Below the pieces are notes generated by a model. It had not been told where the DNA came from. It was given only the letters and a program-made list of their open reading frames with translations, and did no database searches. A DNA stretch of 64,000 nt from an uncultured Methylomirabilota bacterium (GTDB taxonomy: Bacteria > Methylomirabilota > Methylomirabilia > Methylomirabilales > 2-02-FULL-66-22), in contig CAWJSJ010000005.1 of the NCBI GenBank assembly GCA_963845565.1, forward strand, positions 128,001 through 192,000, given 5' to 3'. Below, piece after piece: positions 48,905-59,156 of this stretch. Made by a program: the position numbers and the translations under genes. Position 1 is the stretch's first letter. Each line of letters starts with the position of its first letter.

Positions 48905-49906
48905 ATGCCACACTTCGTAGGGGCTCGCGCCGTCGCCGCCCTGGCGATTCTCGGCGCGGCCCTGGGGGTGCTGGCCTTGGCGGCGGACATCCGCGCGGCG
49001 GAGTTCGACCTGGTCGAGGCGCACACCACGACGCCGGAACACCCGTACACGCTGGGGATGGTCCGGTACGCCCAACTGGTCCGCGAGCGGACGCAGGGGC
49101 GGGTTGCCATCCAGATCCATCATTCCCGACAGCTTGGGGACGAGCGGCAGGTCGTCGAAGGCTTGCAGCTCGGCACCGTGCACCTGACGGTCACCTCCAC
49201 GGGACCGCTGGGCGGCTTTGTGCCCGAGATGAACGCCCTGGATCTTCCGTTTCTCTTCCGTGACGCTGCCCATGCCTACAAGGTCCTGGACGGGGAGATC
49301 GGCCGAGAGCTTCTCGCGAAGTTCGAGGCGGTCGGCATCAAGGGGCTCGCGTTCTGGGAGAACGGCTTCCGGCATATCACGACCGGCAAGAAGCTGATCG
49401 AGCGCCCCGCGGATCTGAAGGGACTCAAGATCCGGGTCATGGAGAACCGTGTCCACCAGGCGGCCTTCCGCCAGCTTGGCGCCGATGCCACGCCGATGGC
49501 CTGGGGCGAGGTGTTCACGTCGCTCCAGCAAGGGCTGCTGGACGCCCAGGAGAACCCAATTCCCATCGTTTCCACCTTCAAGTTGTACGAAGTGCAGAAG
49601 TACCTGAGCCTCACGGGCCACGTGTATTCCCCGGCGCCAGTTCTCATGAGCAAGAAGACATGGGATCGGATGCCGCCTGATATCCAGAAAGTCCTGTTGG
49701 ACACGGCGATGGAGGTGGCGAAGGTCCAGCGGCAGCTCAACCGGGGACAGGAGGAGAAACAACTCGGAGAACTTCGTGCCAAGGGAATGACAGTCATCGA
49801 GCACCCGGACCGGGCCGCGTTCCGGGAGGCGATGAAGCCGGTGTTCGAGCAGTTCCAGGGGCAGTTTGCCAAGGGCCTCGTCCAGCGTATCGTCGATACG
49901 AAATAA
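48905..49906 (+). CDS. dctP: TRAP substrate-binding protein
   Basis: QLGDER, ENGFR, DLKGLKIR, QENP and LYEVQKY motifs. Confidence 0.94.
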   Translation: MPHFVGARAVAALAILGAALGVLALAADIRAAEFDLVEAHTTTPEHPYTLGMVRYAQLVRERTQGRVAIQIHHSRQLGDERQVVEGLQLGTVHLTVTSTGPLGGFVPEMNALDLPFLFRDAAHAYKVLDGEIGRELLAKFEAVGIKGLAFWENGFRHITTGKKLIERPADLKGLKIRVMENRVHQAAFRQLGADATPMAWGEVFTSLQQGLLDAQENPIPIVSTFKLYEVQKYLSLTGHVYSPAPVLMSKKTWDRMPPDIQKVLLDTAMEVAKVQRQLNRGQEEKQLGELRAKGMTVIEHPDRAAFREAMKPVFEQFQGQFAKGLVQRIVDTK

Positions 49907-49934
49907 GGCAGCGCTTGAGGGCGAGGCCCCGCCG

Positions 49935-50426
49935 ATGTTTGACCTGCTGAGTCGAGAGCTGAACCGCCTGGCCGAATGGGCCATGGCCGTTTTGTTGGCG
50001 GCATTGACCCTCCTCGTTGGTGCCCAGATCGCGGGGCGCTTCCTCTTCGCCTATTCCATCTTTTGGTCGGACGAGCTGGCCCGTTTCCTCCTCGTCTGGG
50101 CTGCATTTCTTGGCATGAGCGTCGGGGTCCGTCGTGGGGCCCACCCCGCCGTGGACGGCCTCGTGCGCGGCCTACGCCCCAGGGGGGCCCGCGTGGCGTT
50201 CGGGGCGGCCGTGGCATGTTCGCTGCTTTTCTTTCTCGTGATGGTCGGTTACGGCACGGTCCTCGTGCAGCGGACCTGGCTCCAGCGCTCTCCGAGCCTC
50301 GGGCTCCGGATGGGTCTGCCCTATCTGGCCGTCCCGGTGGCCGGAATCCTTATGGGCCTTCACACGATCGCGATTGCCCTGAGGGGGGCGGCGGCCGACA
50401 GACGGACGGGAGGCTTGGATGGCTAG
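49935..50426 (+). CDS. dctQ: TRAP small permease
   Basis: WSDELAR..VW..FLG and H..VD motifs. Confidence 0.9.
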   Translation: MFDLLSRELNRLAEWAMAVLLAALTLLVGAQIAGRFLFAYSIFWSDELARFLLVWAAFLGMSVGVRRGAHPAVDGLVRGLRPRGARVAFGAAVACSLLFFLVMVGYGTVLVQRTWLQRSPSLGLRMGLPYLAVPVAGILMGLHTIAIALRGAAADRRTGGLDG

Positions 50427-51702
50427 CCTCCTCTTGGTTGGCATTCTTCTCGGACTCCTAGCGATCAACGTGCCCGTCGCGGTCACCTTTGGCGTGACGG
50501 CGGCCCTCTTCCTCGCGCTGCTTACGGACGTCCCGCTCACACTGATCCCCCAGCAGATGTTCGGGGGCACGGACTCCACCGTGCTCCAGGCGGTGCCGTT
50601 CTTCCTGCTGGCCGGCGCCTTGATGGACAAGGGCGGCATCTCGCGGCGGTTGGTCAATTTCGCCAACGTCCTGGTCGGATGGGTCACCGGGGGGCTGGCC
50701 ATGGTGTCGGTGGTGGCCAGCATGTTCTTCGCCGGTATCTCCGGCTCTGCCGCGGCGGATTCGGCGGCCGTCGGGTCCGTGATGATCCCCGCCATGGAGC
50801 GGAAGGGGTACGCCAAGGACTTTGCCGCGGCGCTCATCGCCTGCGCCGGTACCATCGGGACCATGATCCCGCCCAGCATCCCGATGATCATCTACGGCGT
50901 GACTACCGGGACGTCGATCGGCGGCCTCTTCATCGCGGGTGTGGTTCCAGGCGTGCTCATGGGGCTGGCCTTGATGGCGCACGCCTACGCCGTGAGCCGG
51001 CGGCGAGGCTACAGCGGGCTGGCGCTCCCCTCGGCCCGTGAAGCATGGGTGGCCTTCCGCGAGGCGCTCCTCACGCTCCTCATGCCGATCCTCGTCGTGG
51101 GCGGGATCCTGGGTGGGGTCTTCACGCCGACCGAGGCGGCGGCGATCGCGGTGTTCTATAGCCTGCTCCTCGGCGGGCTGGTGTACCGGGAGCTCACGTG
51201 GTCGCACCTGCCGGAGATTCTCGTAACGACGGGTGTGGGCACCGGCGTGGTGATGTTCCTCATCGCCACCTCGACCGCGTACGGGTGGATCTTGGCGCGG
51301 CAGGGCATCCCGCTGGCCCTGGCCAATTCCTTCACCGGGATGACGGAAAACCCCTGGGTATTCTTGCTGCTCGCCAACCTCTTGCTGCTGGTGGTCGGGA
51401 CGGTGATGGAGACGGTGCCCGCCATCATCATCTTCGCTCCGGTCTTGCTCCCGCTGGCCAAACGGCTCGACGTGGATCCGGTCTTCTTCGGGGTGCTCAT
51501 GGTCGTGAACCTCTCCATCGGCCTGGCGTCGCCCCCCTCGGGCGCCACGCTCTTCGTCTCGACGGCGATCGCCAACGAGCCGCTCGAGCGCGTCTGTCGC
51601 GCGGTGTGGCCGTTATTCTTCTCGATGGTCGGCATCCTGCTGCTGATCACCCTGGTCCCACCGCTGGCCATGTGGCTGCCCGGTATGGTTTACGGGCGTT
51701 GA
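50419..51702 (+). CDS. dctM: TRAP large permease
   Basis: GISGSAAAD, IPPSIP and FTPTEA motifs. Confidence 0.94.
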   Translation: MASLLLVGILLGLLAINVPVAVTFGVTAALFLALLTDVPLTLIPQQMFGGTDSTVLQAVPFFLLAGALMDKGGISRRLVNFANVLVGWVTGGLAMVSVVASMFFAGISGSAAADSAAVGSVMIPAMERKGYAKDFAAALIACAGTIGTMIPPSIPMIIYGVTTGTSIGGLFIAGVVPGVLMGLALMAHAYAVSRRRGYSGLALPSAREAWVAFREALLTLLMPILVVGGILGGVFTPTEAAAIAVFYSLLLGGLVYRELTWSHLPEILVTTGVGTGVVMFLIATSTAYGWILARQGIPLALANSFTGMTENPWVFLLLANLLLLVVGTVMETVPAIIIFAPVLLPLAKRLDVDPVFFGVLMVVNLSIGLASPPSGATLFVSTAIANEPLERVCRAVWPLFFSMVGILLLITLVPPLAMWLPGMVYGR

Positions 51703-51774
51703 TGCCGAGGCCGGCGCCGAGGCTCCCCGCGCGGAGGCCGGAAGCCGCAACGGCTCTTCAGGAGGAACGCCCCA

Positions 51775-52938
51775 ATGACGATTCAACCCATCGGCATCAT
51801 TCTGAACGGCGTGACCGGGCGCATGGGTACCAATCAGCATCTGGTACGGTCCATCCTGGCGATCCGGACGCAGGGCGGCGTCAAGGTGTCGGACGACCTG
51901 GCCCTGATGCCGGAACCGATCCTGGTCGGGCGGAACGAGGCCAAGCTCCGGGCGCTGGCGGAACAACATGGCGAGCCGGGTCATCCGTTGACGTGGACCA
52001 CGGATCTCGATCGTGCGCTGGCGGACCCCCGCTCCGCCGTGTTCTTCGACGCCTCGGGAACGCTGCAACGGGTCGAGTTCGTCGAGCGGGCGGTGAAGGC
52101 GCGGAAGGCGATCTACTGCGAGAAGCCCACGGCCACGACCACGGCCGAGGCGCTCCGACTGGCGAGGTTGTGCGAGGAGGCTGGTCTCAAGAACGGCGTG
52201 GTGCAGGACAAGCTGTGGCTCCCCGGCTTCCGAAAGCTCCAGGCACTGAAGGAGCAGGGGTTCTTCGGGCGGATCCTGTCCGTCCGGGGAGAATTCGGCT
52301 ACTGGGTGTTCGACGGATTCGCGAGCGAGCAGCCACCGCAGCGGCCGTCCTGGAACTATCGGACCGAAGATGGAGGCGGCATCGCCCTGGACATGCTCTG
52401 CCACTGGCGATACGTGCTGGACAACCTGTTTGGCGCGGTGCGGTCGGTGAGCTGCCTCGGTGCGACCCACGTTCCGGAACGGATGGACGAGAACGGCAGA
52501 CCCTATCGGTGCACCGCCGACGATGCGGCCTACGCCACGTTCCTGCTGGATAACGGCATCGTGTGTCACTTCAACAGTTCGTGGTGCGTGCGGGTGCGGC
52601 GGGACGATCTCTTGACGCTGCAGGTGGACGGTACCCACGGCACGGCGGTGGTGGGCCTGCGCAAGTGCTGGATCCAGTCCGCCGGCGCGACGCCGCGCCC
52701 GATCTGGAACCCGGACGTGGACCAGCCGCTGGACTTCTATCGGAGCTGGACCGAGGTGCCGGACGCCTGCGCCTACGACAATGCCTTCAAGGTCCAGTGG
52801 GAGCTGTTCCTGCGCCACGTGGCGCTCGACGAGCCCTTCCGCTGGACGCTGCGCGAGGGGGCCAAGGGCGTGCAGCTTGCCGAGGCCGGCCTCACCTCTT
52901 GGCGCGAGCGCCGCTGGGTGGATATCGAGCCGCTGTAG
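51775..52938 (+). CDS. Gfo/Idh/MocA family oxidoreductase
   Basis: NGVTGRMG, YCEKP, QDKL, RPSWNY and DM..HW motifs. Confidence 0.92.
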   Translation: MTIQPIGIILNGVTGRMGTNQHLVRSILAIRTQGGVKVSDDLALMPEPILVGRNEAKLRALAEQHGEPGHPLTWTTDLDRALADPRSAVFFDASGTLQRVEFVERAVKARKAIYCEKPTATTTAEALRLARLCEEAGLKNGVVQDKLWLPGFRKLQALKEQGFFGRILSVRGEFGYWVFDGFASEQPPQRPSWNYRTEDGGGIALDMLCHWRYVLDNLFGAVRSVSCLGATHVPERMDENGRPYRCTADDAAYATFLLDNGIVCHFNSSWCVRVRRDDLLTLQVDGTHGTAVVGLRKCWIQSAGATPRPIWNPDVDQPLDFYRSWTEVPDACAYDNAFKVQWELFLRHVALDEPFRWTLREGAKGVQLAEAGLTSWRERRWVDIEPL

Positions 52939-52942
52939 AGAG

Positions 52943-52992
52943 GCAATTGGGCAATTGGTCAACTGGTCAATTCGTCGAGAAGTCGATTGGGG
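52943..52992. repeat. 8-mer tandem repeat array
   Basis: TTGGGCAA TTGGTCAA CTGGTCAA TTCGTCGA. Confidence 0.6.
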
Positions 52993-53110
52993 AAGAACAA
53001 AGGCCAGACGTCAAGGACAGAGAACACAGAGGAGTGGGGCGCGGACGGCGGATAGGGAACACCGTGCCGCAGGACAATTCGGCGAGGCAGGCCAGAAAAT
53101 AGGGGGAGTG

Positions 53111-53473
53111 ATGGCGAAGAACGTGCTGGGCGGTGATTTGAAATCGTGTTGCGTCTCGCCGATGACGGGCTTCCACCGGGATGGATTCTGTCAAATCGGT
53201 CCCGGCGATCTTGGGGTCCACGTGGTCTGCGCGCAGATGACGGACCGATTCCTGGCCTTTACCAGCCGGCAAGGGAACGACCTGTCCACGCCCATGCCAG
53301 ACCATGGTTTCCCCGGCCTGAAGCCCGGCGACCGGTGGTGTCTGTGCGCCATGCGTTGGAAGGAGGCGATGGACGCGGGCGTAGCGCCTCCGGTAATCCT
53401 GGAGGCGACGCATATTGCGGCCCTGGAGTTCGTCAGCCTGGAAGACCTGAAGGCTAAAGCTCTCGCGGCATAG
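53111..53473 (+). CDS. DUF2237 family protein
   Basis: NVLG..L..C..PMTGF.RDG.C, GNDLSTP and LKPGDRWCLCA.RW motifs. Confidence 0.92.
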   Translation: MAKNVLGGDLKSCCVSPMTGFHRDGFCQIGPGDLGVHVVCAQMTDRFLAFTSRQGNDLSTPMPDHGFPGLKPGDRWCLCAMRWKEAMDAGVAPPVILEATHIAALEFVSLEDLKAKALAA

Positions 53474-53491
53474 GCCGCGCGCGTTGCACCC

Positions 53492-54574
53492 TCAACGAAA
53501 GATCGCGACGAGGTCGGCCGTTGTGTCGGTGTCCTCGGCGAGGCCGATCAGATTGACGAGGACGTAGTCGGGAAGTCGCATGCCCTCGCGGTTCGCCGCG
53601 TCCTGCCGCTCCCACTCCATCTCGCCGGGCAGGTAGATTCGCCCGCCTGCAGTCTTGGGCGCGCCCTTGATCTCTCGGATCATGGCATCCATCCGGGCCT
53701 TGAAGGTTGCCATGGTCATCATGGCGCCCACATTGATGGCTACAAAGGCGTGCCCCTGATCGGCTCGGTCCGGTATGTCGAAAAGCCAGCACTTCACGCC
53801 GCTGAGAACCGCAGCCCCCGTGACGATGGCGGTCAGCGTCTCGACCAGAACCGCCAATCCGTACCCCTTGTGTCCGGCCATGGGCAGGAGCGCGCCGTGT
53901 TCAGGATACCGGGACGGGTTGTCGGTGGGCACCCCATGCTCATCCACCAACCACTTGTCGGGCAGCGTTTTTCCCAGGGCCTTCGCAGCCAGGATCTTCG
54001 TCACCGCCACCGAGCTGGTGGCGATGTCCAGGAAGACCGGGCGCTCGTCGCCGGCCGGGATCGCGTAGGCGATGGGATTCGTTCCCATGATCGGCCCCTT
54101 GCCGCCCGGTACGGTCATCCACGGGTCCGTGTTGGTCATCGCCACGCCGATCATGTCGTGCCGGAGCGCCATTGTAGCGTAGTAACCGGCGGCGCCGAAG
54201 TGGCTGCTTCGGGTCACGCCGACGTAGGCGATGCCCGCCTCTTTCGCCTTTCGCATGGCCGTGTCCATCGCAAAGCTCGCCGTCACGGGTGGCATGGCAT
54301 GACGCCCATCCACCACGGCGAAAGCCGGCCCCTCCCGGAGAATCGTGGGGTGGGCCCTGGCGTCGATCCGACCATCGCGGAGGTTCTTCATCAAGGGCCG
54401 AATCTGTCGAGTCCCATGCGTGTGGACGCCCCAGCTATCCGTGGTGGCTAGCACGCGGGCGGAGACTGCCGCGTCCGCCGCGGACAGACCCGTCTGTTCC
54501 ATGACCTGCGCGCAGTACCGTTCGAGATGATATGGAAACACCCGTTTTGCGAGCAGTTCTTCGGTCTTCAGCAT
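53492..54574 (-). CDS. Ldh_2 family dehydrogenase (malate/L-lactate/ureidoglycolate/sulfolactate type)
   Basis: GVHTHG, SSHFGA, GTNPI, LDIATS, GHKGYGL and YLPGE motifs. Confidence 0.92.
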   Translation of the reverse strand: MLKTEELLAKRVFPYHLERYCAQVMEQTGLSAADAAVSARVLATTDSWGVHTHGTRQIRPLMKNLRDGRIDARAHPTILREGPAFAVVDGRHAMPPVTASFAMDTAMRKAKEAGIAYVGVTRSSHFGAAGYYATMALRHDMIGVAMTNTDPWMTVPGGKGPIMGTNPIAYAIPAGDERPVFLDIATSSVAVTKILAAKALGKTLPDKWLVDEHGVPTDNPSRYPEHGALLPMAGHKGYGLAVLVETLTAIVTGAAVLSGVKCWLFDIPDRADQGHAFVAINVGAMMTMATFKARMDAMIREIKGAPKTAGGRIYLPGEMEWERQDAANREGMRLPDYVLVNLIGLAEDTDTTADLVAIFR

Positions 54575-54666
54575 GGTCGTCTCATCCTTTCGTGACTGAG
54601 TCGGGTTCATCCAGGCGGTCGAGCTTGACCGCAAGCACGGCATATCCGAGACCGGCGGGCCACGGA

Positions 54667-54696
54667 AATATGTCGCGGAATCCCCGGGAATGTCAA
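54667..54696 (-). promoter_or_regulatory. sigma70-like promoter for the Ldh_2 gene
   Basis: TTGACA-N18-CATATT on the minus strand. Confidence 0.45.
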
Positions 54697-54798
54697 GACC
54701 AGCGATCACAGCGATCAAAGAAAGACCTTGACGGCGCCCCGCGCGTGCGCCGAAGATAACCTGAACCTACACTGGACCGCCCGAGCGAAAGGAGAGGC

Positions 54799-56169
54799 GT
54801 GATGAGGAGGCTGGGAGATCTCGAGCCTAGGGCCGAGGAGATTCTGACGCAGGAGCAGGCGGCCTACGAACGAAGCAATCCGAAGTCCAAGGAGGCGTTC
54901 GCGCGGTCCTGCCGCGTCCTGCCGGGCGGGGTCTCCCGCACACTGTGCTACTTCCCACCGTTTCCCTGCCAGACGGCTTCCGGCGATGGCTGCTGGATGA
55001 CCGACCTGGATGGGAATCGGCGATTGGACCTCTTCAACTGCGCCACGACTTTGATTCTGGGTCACCGCCCGGCGATCATGACGAAGGCCGTGGAGGAGCA
55101 ACTTACCCGCGGGACGGCCTTCCAGACGAACTCCGGCCTCGAGACGGTCCTGGCGGAAATGCTCGTCGAGCGTGTGGCCTCGGTGGAGCAGATCCGGTTC
55201 ACCAACAGCGGGAGCGAGGGGACGCAGATGGCGATTCGCGCCGCGCGGGCGTTCACCGGGCGGCCGAAGATCGCCAAGATGGAAGGCGGATATCACGGCT
55301 CGCACGACTGTGTCGAGATCAGCGTGCGCGTTCCGGCGGGCGGCGGCGGGCGGGCCGAGGCGCCGGTGCCCGTGGCGGGGTCGGCCGGGATCACCCAGCG
55401 CGTCCTGGACGACGTCATCATCATCCCCTACAACAACCTTGACGTGGCGCGACGCATCCTGGCGGCGCGCGCGTCCGACCTGGCGTGCGTCATCGTCGAA
55501 CCGATCCTCGGCAGCGTCGGCTTCGTGCCGGCGAAGAGGGAGTTTCTGGTCGGGTTGCGGGAGGAGGCGAAGCGGCTCGGCATCGTGTTCATTCTGGACG
55601 AGGTCCAAAGCTTCCGTCTGGATCGCGGCGGGGCGCAGAAGCTCTTCGGGATCACGCCGGATCTGACCTGTTTCGGGAAGATCATCGGGGGCGGATTTCC
55701 GGTTGGGGCTTTCGGCGGCCGGCGGGACATCATGGCGCTGTTCAACACGGCGACAGGCGGCGGTCTGATTCCGCACGCCGGGACGTTCAACGCCAACCCG
55801 ATAACGATGTCCGCCGGGATCGCCACCATGGAGCAGCTCACCGAACCGGTGTATGCCCGTCTGAACGCCAGAGGCGACCGGCTTCGCGACGCGGTGCAGG
55901 CGCTTGGCGTCCGGTATCAGGTTCCGCTCTACGTGAGCGGGATCGGCTCGATGTTCAAGATTCACTTCAGCGAGGCGCCCGTGCGCTGCTATCGCGATAC
56001 CTTGCAGACGAGCACCCTGCTGCACACCGCCCTGTTCCTGTTCGGCATGAACCGGGGCGTCTTCCTCTCCGAGGGCGGGCGATGCTGCCTGTCCGTTCCG
56101 ATCGGGGATGCAGAAGTAGCCACGTACCTTGGTGTCGTCGAGGAATACCTGGCTGCGCTGACCCGCTGA
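54799..56169 (+). CDS. Class III aminotransferase (GSA aminomutase-like)
   Basis: NSGSE, GGYHG, DEV, FGKIIGGG and GTFN.NP motifs. Confidence 0.9.
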   Translation: MMRRLGDLEPRAEEILTQEQAAYERSNPKSKEAFARSCRVLPGGVSRTLCYFPPFPCQTASGDGCWMTDLDGNRRLDLFNCATTLILGHRPAIMTKAVEEQLTRGTAFQTNSGLETVLAEMLVERVASVEQIRFTNSGSEGTQMAIRAARAFTGRPKIAKMEGGYHGSHDCVEISVRVPAGGGGRAEAPVPVAGSAGITQRVLDDVIIIPYNNLDVARRILAARASDLACVIVEPILGSVGFVPAKREFLVGLREEAKRLGIVFILDEVQSFRLDRGGAQKLFGITPDLTCFGKIIGGGFPVGAFGGRRDIMALFNTATGGGLIPHAGTFNANPITMSAGIATMEQLTEPVYARLNARGDRLRDAVQALGVRYQVPLYVSGIGSMFKIHFSEAPVRCYRDTLQTSTLLHTALFLFGMNRGVFLSEGGRCCLSVPIGDAEVATYLGVVEEYLAALTR

Positions 56170-56436
56170 AGAGGGCGACAGGGATAGCGACAGGGACAGG
56201 GATGGGGATGGGAAACGGGGTCGCTGGCCTACTGTGCCTCACGCCTCACGATTTCTCTCTGCCGTCGCCACTGCGTTCGAAACCACAGACAATTGAGTGC
56301 CGGTAGGCCTGGCGGGCTTTTGCGAAGCGCGTAAGGGCGGTATCATACCTGCGGCTAGAGGTAATCCCTACCAGTCTTGAAACCGTCGGGATCCGGCCGC
56401 TTCGGAAATGGGTTCTACGGAATGAGGAGAGAAGTG

Positions 56437-57822
56437 ATGGCGACAGAAACCCGCTCGCTCGCCGCTGACCTGCGCCGAGTGCTTCCCGCAAAGCAGGTCT
56501 TCGATGGGGTCGAGGACCGGACGCTCTACGCCTACGACGGCACCAGCATCAAGGCCTTGCCGGACGTGATCGCCCAGGTGCGGAACCCCGCCGAGGTGTC
56601 GGCCGTCCTTCGTTTCGCCTCCGACCACGAGGTCCCCGTGGTCCCGCGAGGCGCGGGCACCGGCCTTTCGGGGGGCTCGGTTCCGGCCCAAGGGGGGATC
56701 GCCCTCGTCCTGGCCGGGATGCGCGCCATCAAGGAACTGGATACCGACAGCATGGTCGCAGTGGTGGAGCCGGGCGTCATTACGGGCGTCTTCCAGAAGA
56801 CGGTGGAGGATGCCGGAATGTTCTATCCGCCGGATCCTGCCAGCCTGAATTACTGCACGCTGGGCGGCAATATCGCCGAGAACGCGGGCGGTCCGCACGG
56901 GGTGAAGTACGGGGTGACCAAGGACTACGTCCTGGGGCTGGAAGTGGTGGTACCCAGTGGGGACGTGGTGCGCCTCGGCGGGAAGCAGATCAAGAACGTG
57001 ACCGGGTACAACCTGGTCCAACTCTTCGTCGGATCGGAGGGGACGCTGGGTGTGATCACCGAGGCCACGCTGCGCCTCCTGCCGAAGCCGCCGGCCAAGA
57101 AGGTGATGCTGGCCATCTTCGACCGACTGGATGGCGCGGCGGAGGCGGTGGCGGGGATCATGGCGGGCGGCGTGATCCCGTCCACGCTGGAGATCATGGA
57201 CCAGAAGAGCATCAACTGCGTGGAGGACTATCTGAAGCTCGGCTTACCGCGGGACGCCGAGGCCATTCTCCTCATCGAAGTGGACGGAATGCCGGCGGCC
57301 GTGGAGGCCGAGGCCGAGGTGATCGGCCGGATCTGCCGCGAGAAGGGGGTGCGGAGTTTCCAGGCGGCCAAGGACAAGAAGGAAGAGGAGTCGCTCTGGA
57401 AGGCGCGGCGCTCCATCTCGCCGGCGATCTCGGCGGCTCGCCCCAGCAAGATCGGCGAGGACATCAGCGTGCCGCGGAGCGCCATCCCCGCCATGGTGCG
57501 GGAGATCCAGCGGATCGCCAAGGAATACGATCTGCCCATCGTGATCTTCGGCCACGCGGGGGACGGAAACCTCCACCCGAACATCCTGACCGATCGGCGC
57601 GATCACAAGGAGATGGAGCGGGTCGAGCAGGCCATCGCCGCCATCTTCGAGGCGTCCGTGAAGCTGGGCGGGACGCTGTCCGGCGAGCACGGCATCGGAT
57701 TGAGCAAGCTGCCCTACATGGATTTGGCGGTCTCGAAGCAGACGGTGAAGCTGATGGCCGACATCAAGCGGGCGCTGGATCCAAAGAACATCCTGAATCC
57801 CGGGAAGATCTGGAGGGCGTGA
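56437..57822 (+). CDS. FAD-linked oxidase, GlcD-like (glycolate/D-lactate dehydrogenase)
   Basis: PRGAGTGLSGG, PPDPAS, GSEGTLG, HAGDGNLHP and SGEHGIG motifs. Confidence 0.92.
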   Translation: MATETRSLAADLRRVLPAKQVFDGVEDRTLYAYDGTSIKALPDVIAQVRNPAEVSAVLRFASDHEVPVVPRGAGTGLSGGSVPAQGGIALVLAGMRAIKELDTDSMVAVVEPGVITGVFQKTVEDAGMFYPPDPASLNYCTLGGNIAENAGGPHGVKYGVTKDYVLGLEVVVPSGDVVRLGGKQIKNVTGYNLVQLFVGSEGTLGVITEATLRLLPKPPAKKVMLAIFDRLDGAAEAVAGIMAGGVIPSTLEIMDQKSINCVEDYLKLGLPRDAEAILLIEVDGMPAAVEAEAEVIGRICREKGVRSFQAAKDKKEEESLWKARRSISPAISAARPSKIGEDISVPRSAIPAMVREIQRIAKEYDLPIVIFGHAGDGNLHPNILTDRRDHKEMERVEQAIAAIFEASVKLGGTLSGEHGIGLSKLPYMDLAVSKQTVKLMADIKRALDPKNILNPGKIWRA

Positions 57823-59072
57823 TGGAGTTCGCCGAGATCGCCGCCCTCTTCAAGTGCAACAAGTGCGGCTCCTGCACCTCCGTCTGCCCGCTTTACCAGA
57901 ACACGGTGCACGAGGGGATGGCGGCGCGCGGGAAGGTCGCCTTGCTCGAAGCCGTGGCGGATGGTCGCCTGGAGGCCGGGGAAGCGGTGCGGGCCAAGCT
58001 CGAGGACTGCCTCCTCTGCGGGGCCTGTGCCGCCAACTGTCCGAGCTTCGTGCCGACGACCGACCTGTTTTTGGAGGCGCGGGCCGGCCTCGCCAAGGAG
58101 CTGGGCCTGCCGCTGCCGATCCGGTTGCTCCTCAAGGCGCTCTCGATCCCGGGCGCGCTGGCTGCAGGGACGCCGGGCCTTCACCTCGCTCACCGATTGG
58201 GGTTGCCCCAGCTCGCCGATGGACCCCTGGGCGAGAAGCTTCCGGCGACGATCCGGGCCGCCCTCCGCGCCATGCCGCCGGCGCCGCTGCGGTCTTTCCG
58301 TGCGAAGGCCGGGAAGCTGCCGACCAACGGCGACGGACGCCGCGGAACGGTGGGGTACTTTGCCGGCTGCTTCATGAACTGGGGGTATGCCGACGCGGCC
58401 ATGGCCACGCGGACCATGCTCGTCCGGGGAGGCTTCCGGGTGGAGGCGCCCGAGGTGGCCTGCTGCGGGGTGCCGCACCGGGCCTACGGCGACATCGAGA
58501 CGGCGCGGGACCTGGCCCGCAAGAACATCGCGACGCTGGAGAAGTACGATCACGTCGTCAGCGACTGCGCCTCGTGCGGCGCGGCCCTCAAGGAATACAA
58601 GCATCTCCTGAAAGACGACCCCGAGTACCGCGAGCGGGCCGAACGGCTCGCCGAGCGTGCGGCCGACATCTCGGAGTTTCTGGTCAAGCACGAGTTCCCG
58701 AAGCCGCAGTTCCACGCTCCGCTTCGCGTCACGTACCACGATCCGTGCCATCTGGTCAGAGGCCAGGGCGTCAAGAGCCAGCCGCGCGAGATCTTGAAGA
58801 GCATCCCCGGCGTCGAGTACGTCGAGATGAAAGGCGCCGACGTCTGCTGCGGGGCCGCAGGCTCGTTCTGCGTCACCCACCCCGAACTCTCGGAGGGGGT
58901 CGGCGGGAACAAGGCCGACAGCATCCTGGAGACCAAGGCCGACGTCGTGGTGAGCGGCTGCCCCTCCTGCCTCACCCAGCTCAAGGCCATGCTGGCGGCC
59001 AAGGGCTCGAAGATCAAGGTCATGCACCCCATGGAGCTGCTGGCGGAGAGTTACAAGAAGAACGAACCGTAG
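57822..59072 (+). CDS. GlcF-like Fe-S/CCG domain protein
   Basis: Two CxxCxxCxxxCP motifs, two CCG domains, YHDPCH. Confidence 0.92.
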   Translation: MEFAEIAALFKCNKCGSCTSVCPLYQNTVHEGMAARGKVALLEAVADGRLEAGEAVRAKLEDCLLCGACAANCPSFVPTTDLFLEARAGLAKELGLPLPIRLLLKALSIPGALAAGTPGLHLAHRLGLPQLADGPLGEKLPATIRAALRAMPPAPLRSFRAKAGKLPTNGDGRRGTVGYFAGCFMNWGYADAAMATRTMLVRGGFRVEAPEVACCGVPHRAYGDIETARDLARKNIATLEKYDHVVSDCASCGAALKEYKHLLKDDPEYRERAERLAERAADISEFLVKHEFPKPQFHAPLRVTYHDPCHLVRGQGVKSQPREILKSIPGVEYVEMKGADVCCGAAGSFCVTHPELSEGVGGNKADSILETKADVVVSGCPSCLTQLKAMLAAKGSKIKVMHPMELLAESYKKNEP

Positions 59073-59156
59073 CATCTGTGTGCGGCGGCGTATACGTCTG
59101 AGCCGATCTTGGCGACTGGCCTCCAGGACGTTTCCGGCGGAAGCGGGGATCACGCC

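Noticed and set aside
54799..56169. Assignment as hemL
   Set aside because: Family-level similarity only; no tetrapyrrole context and a divergent N-terminal motif
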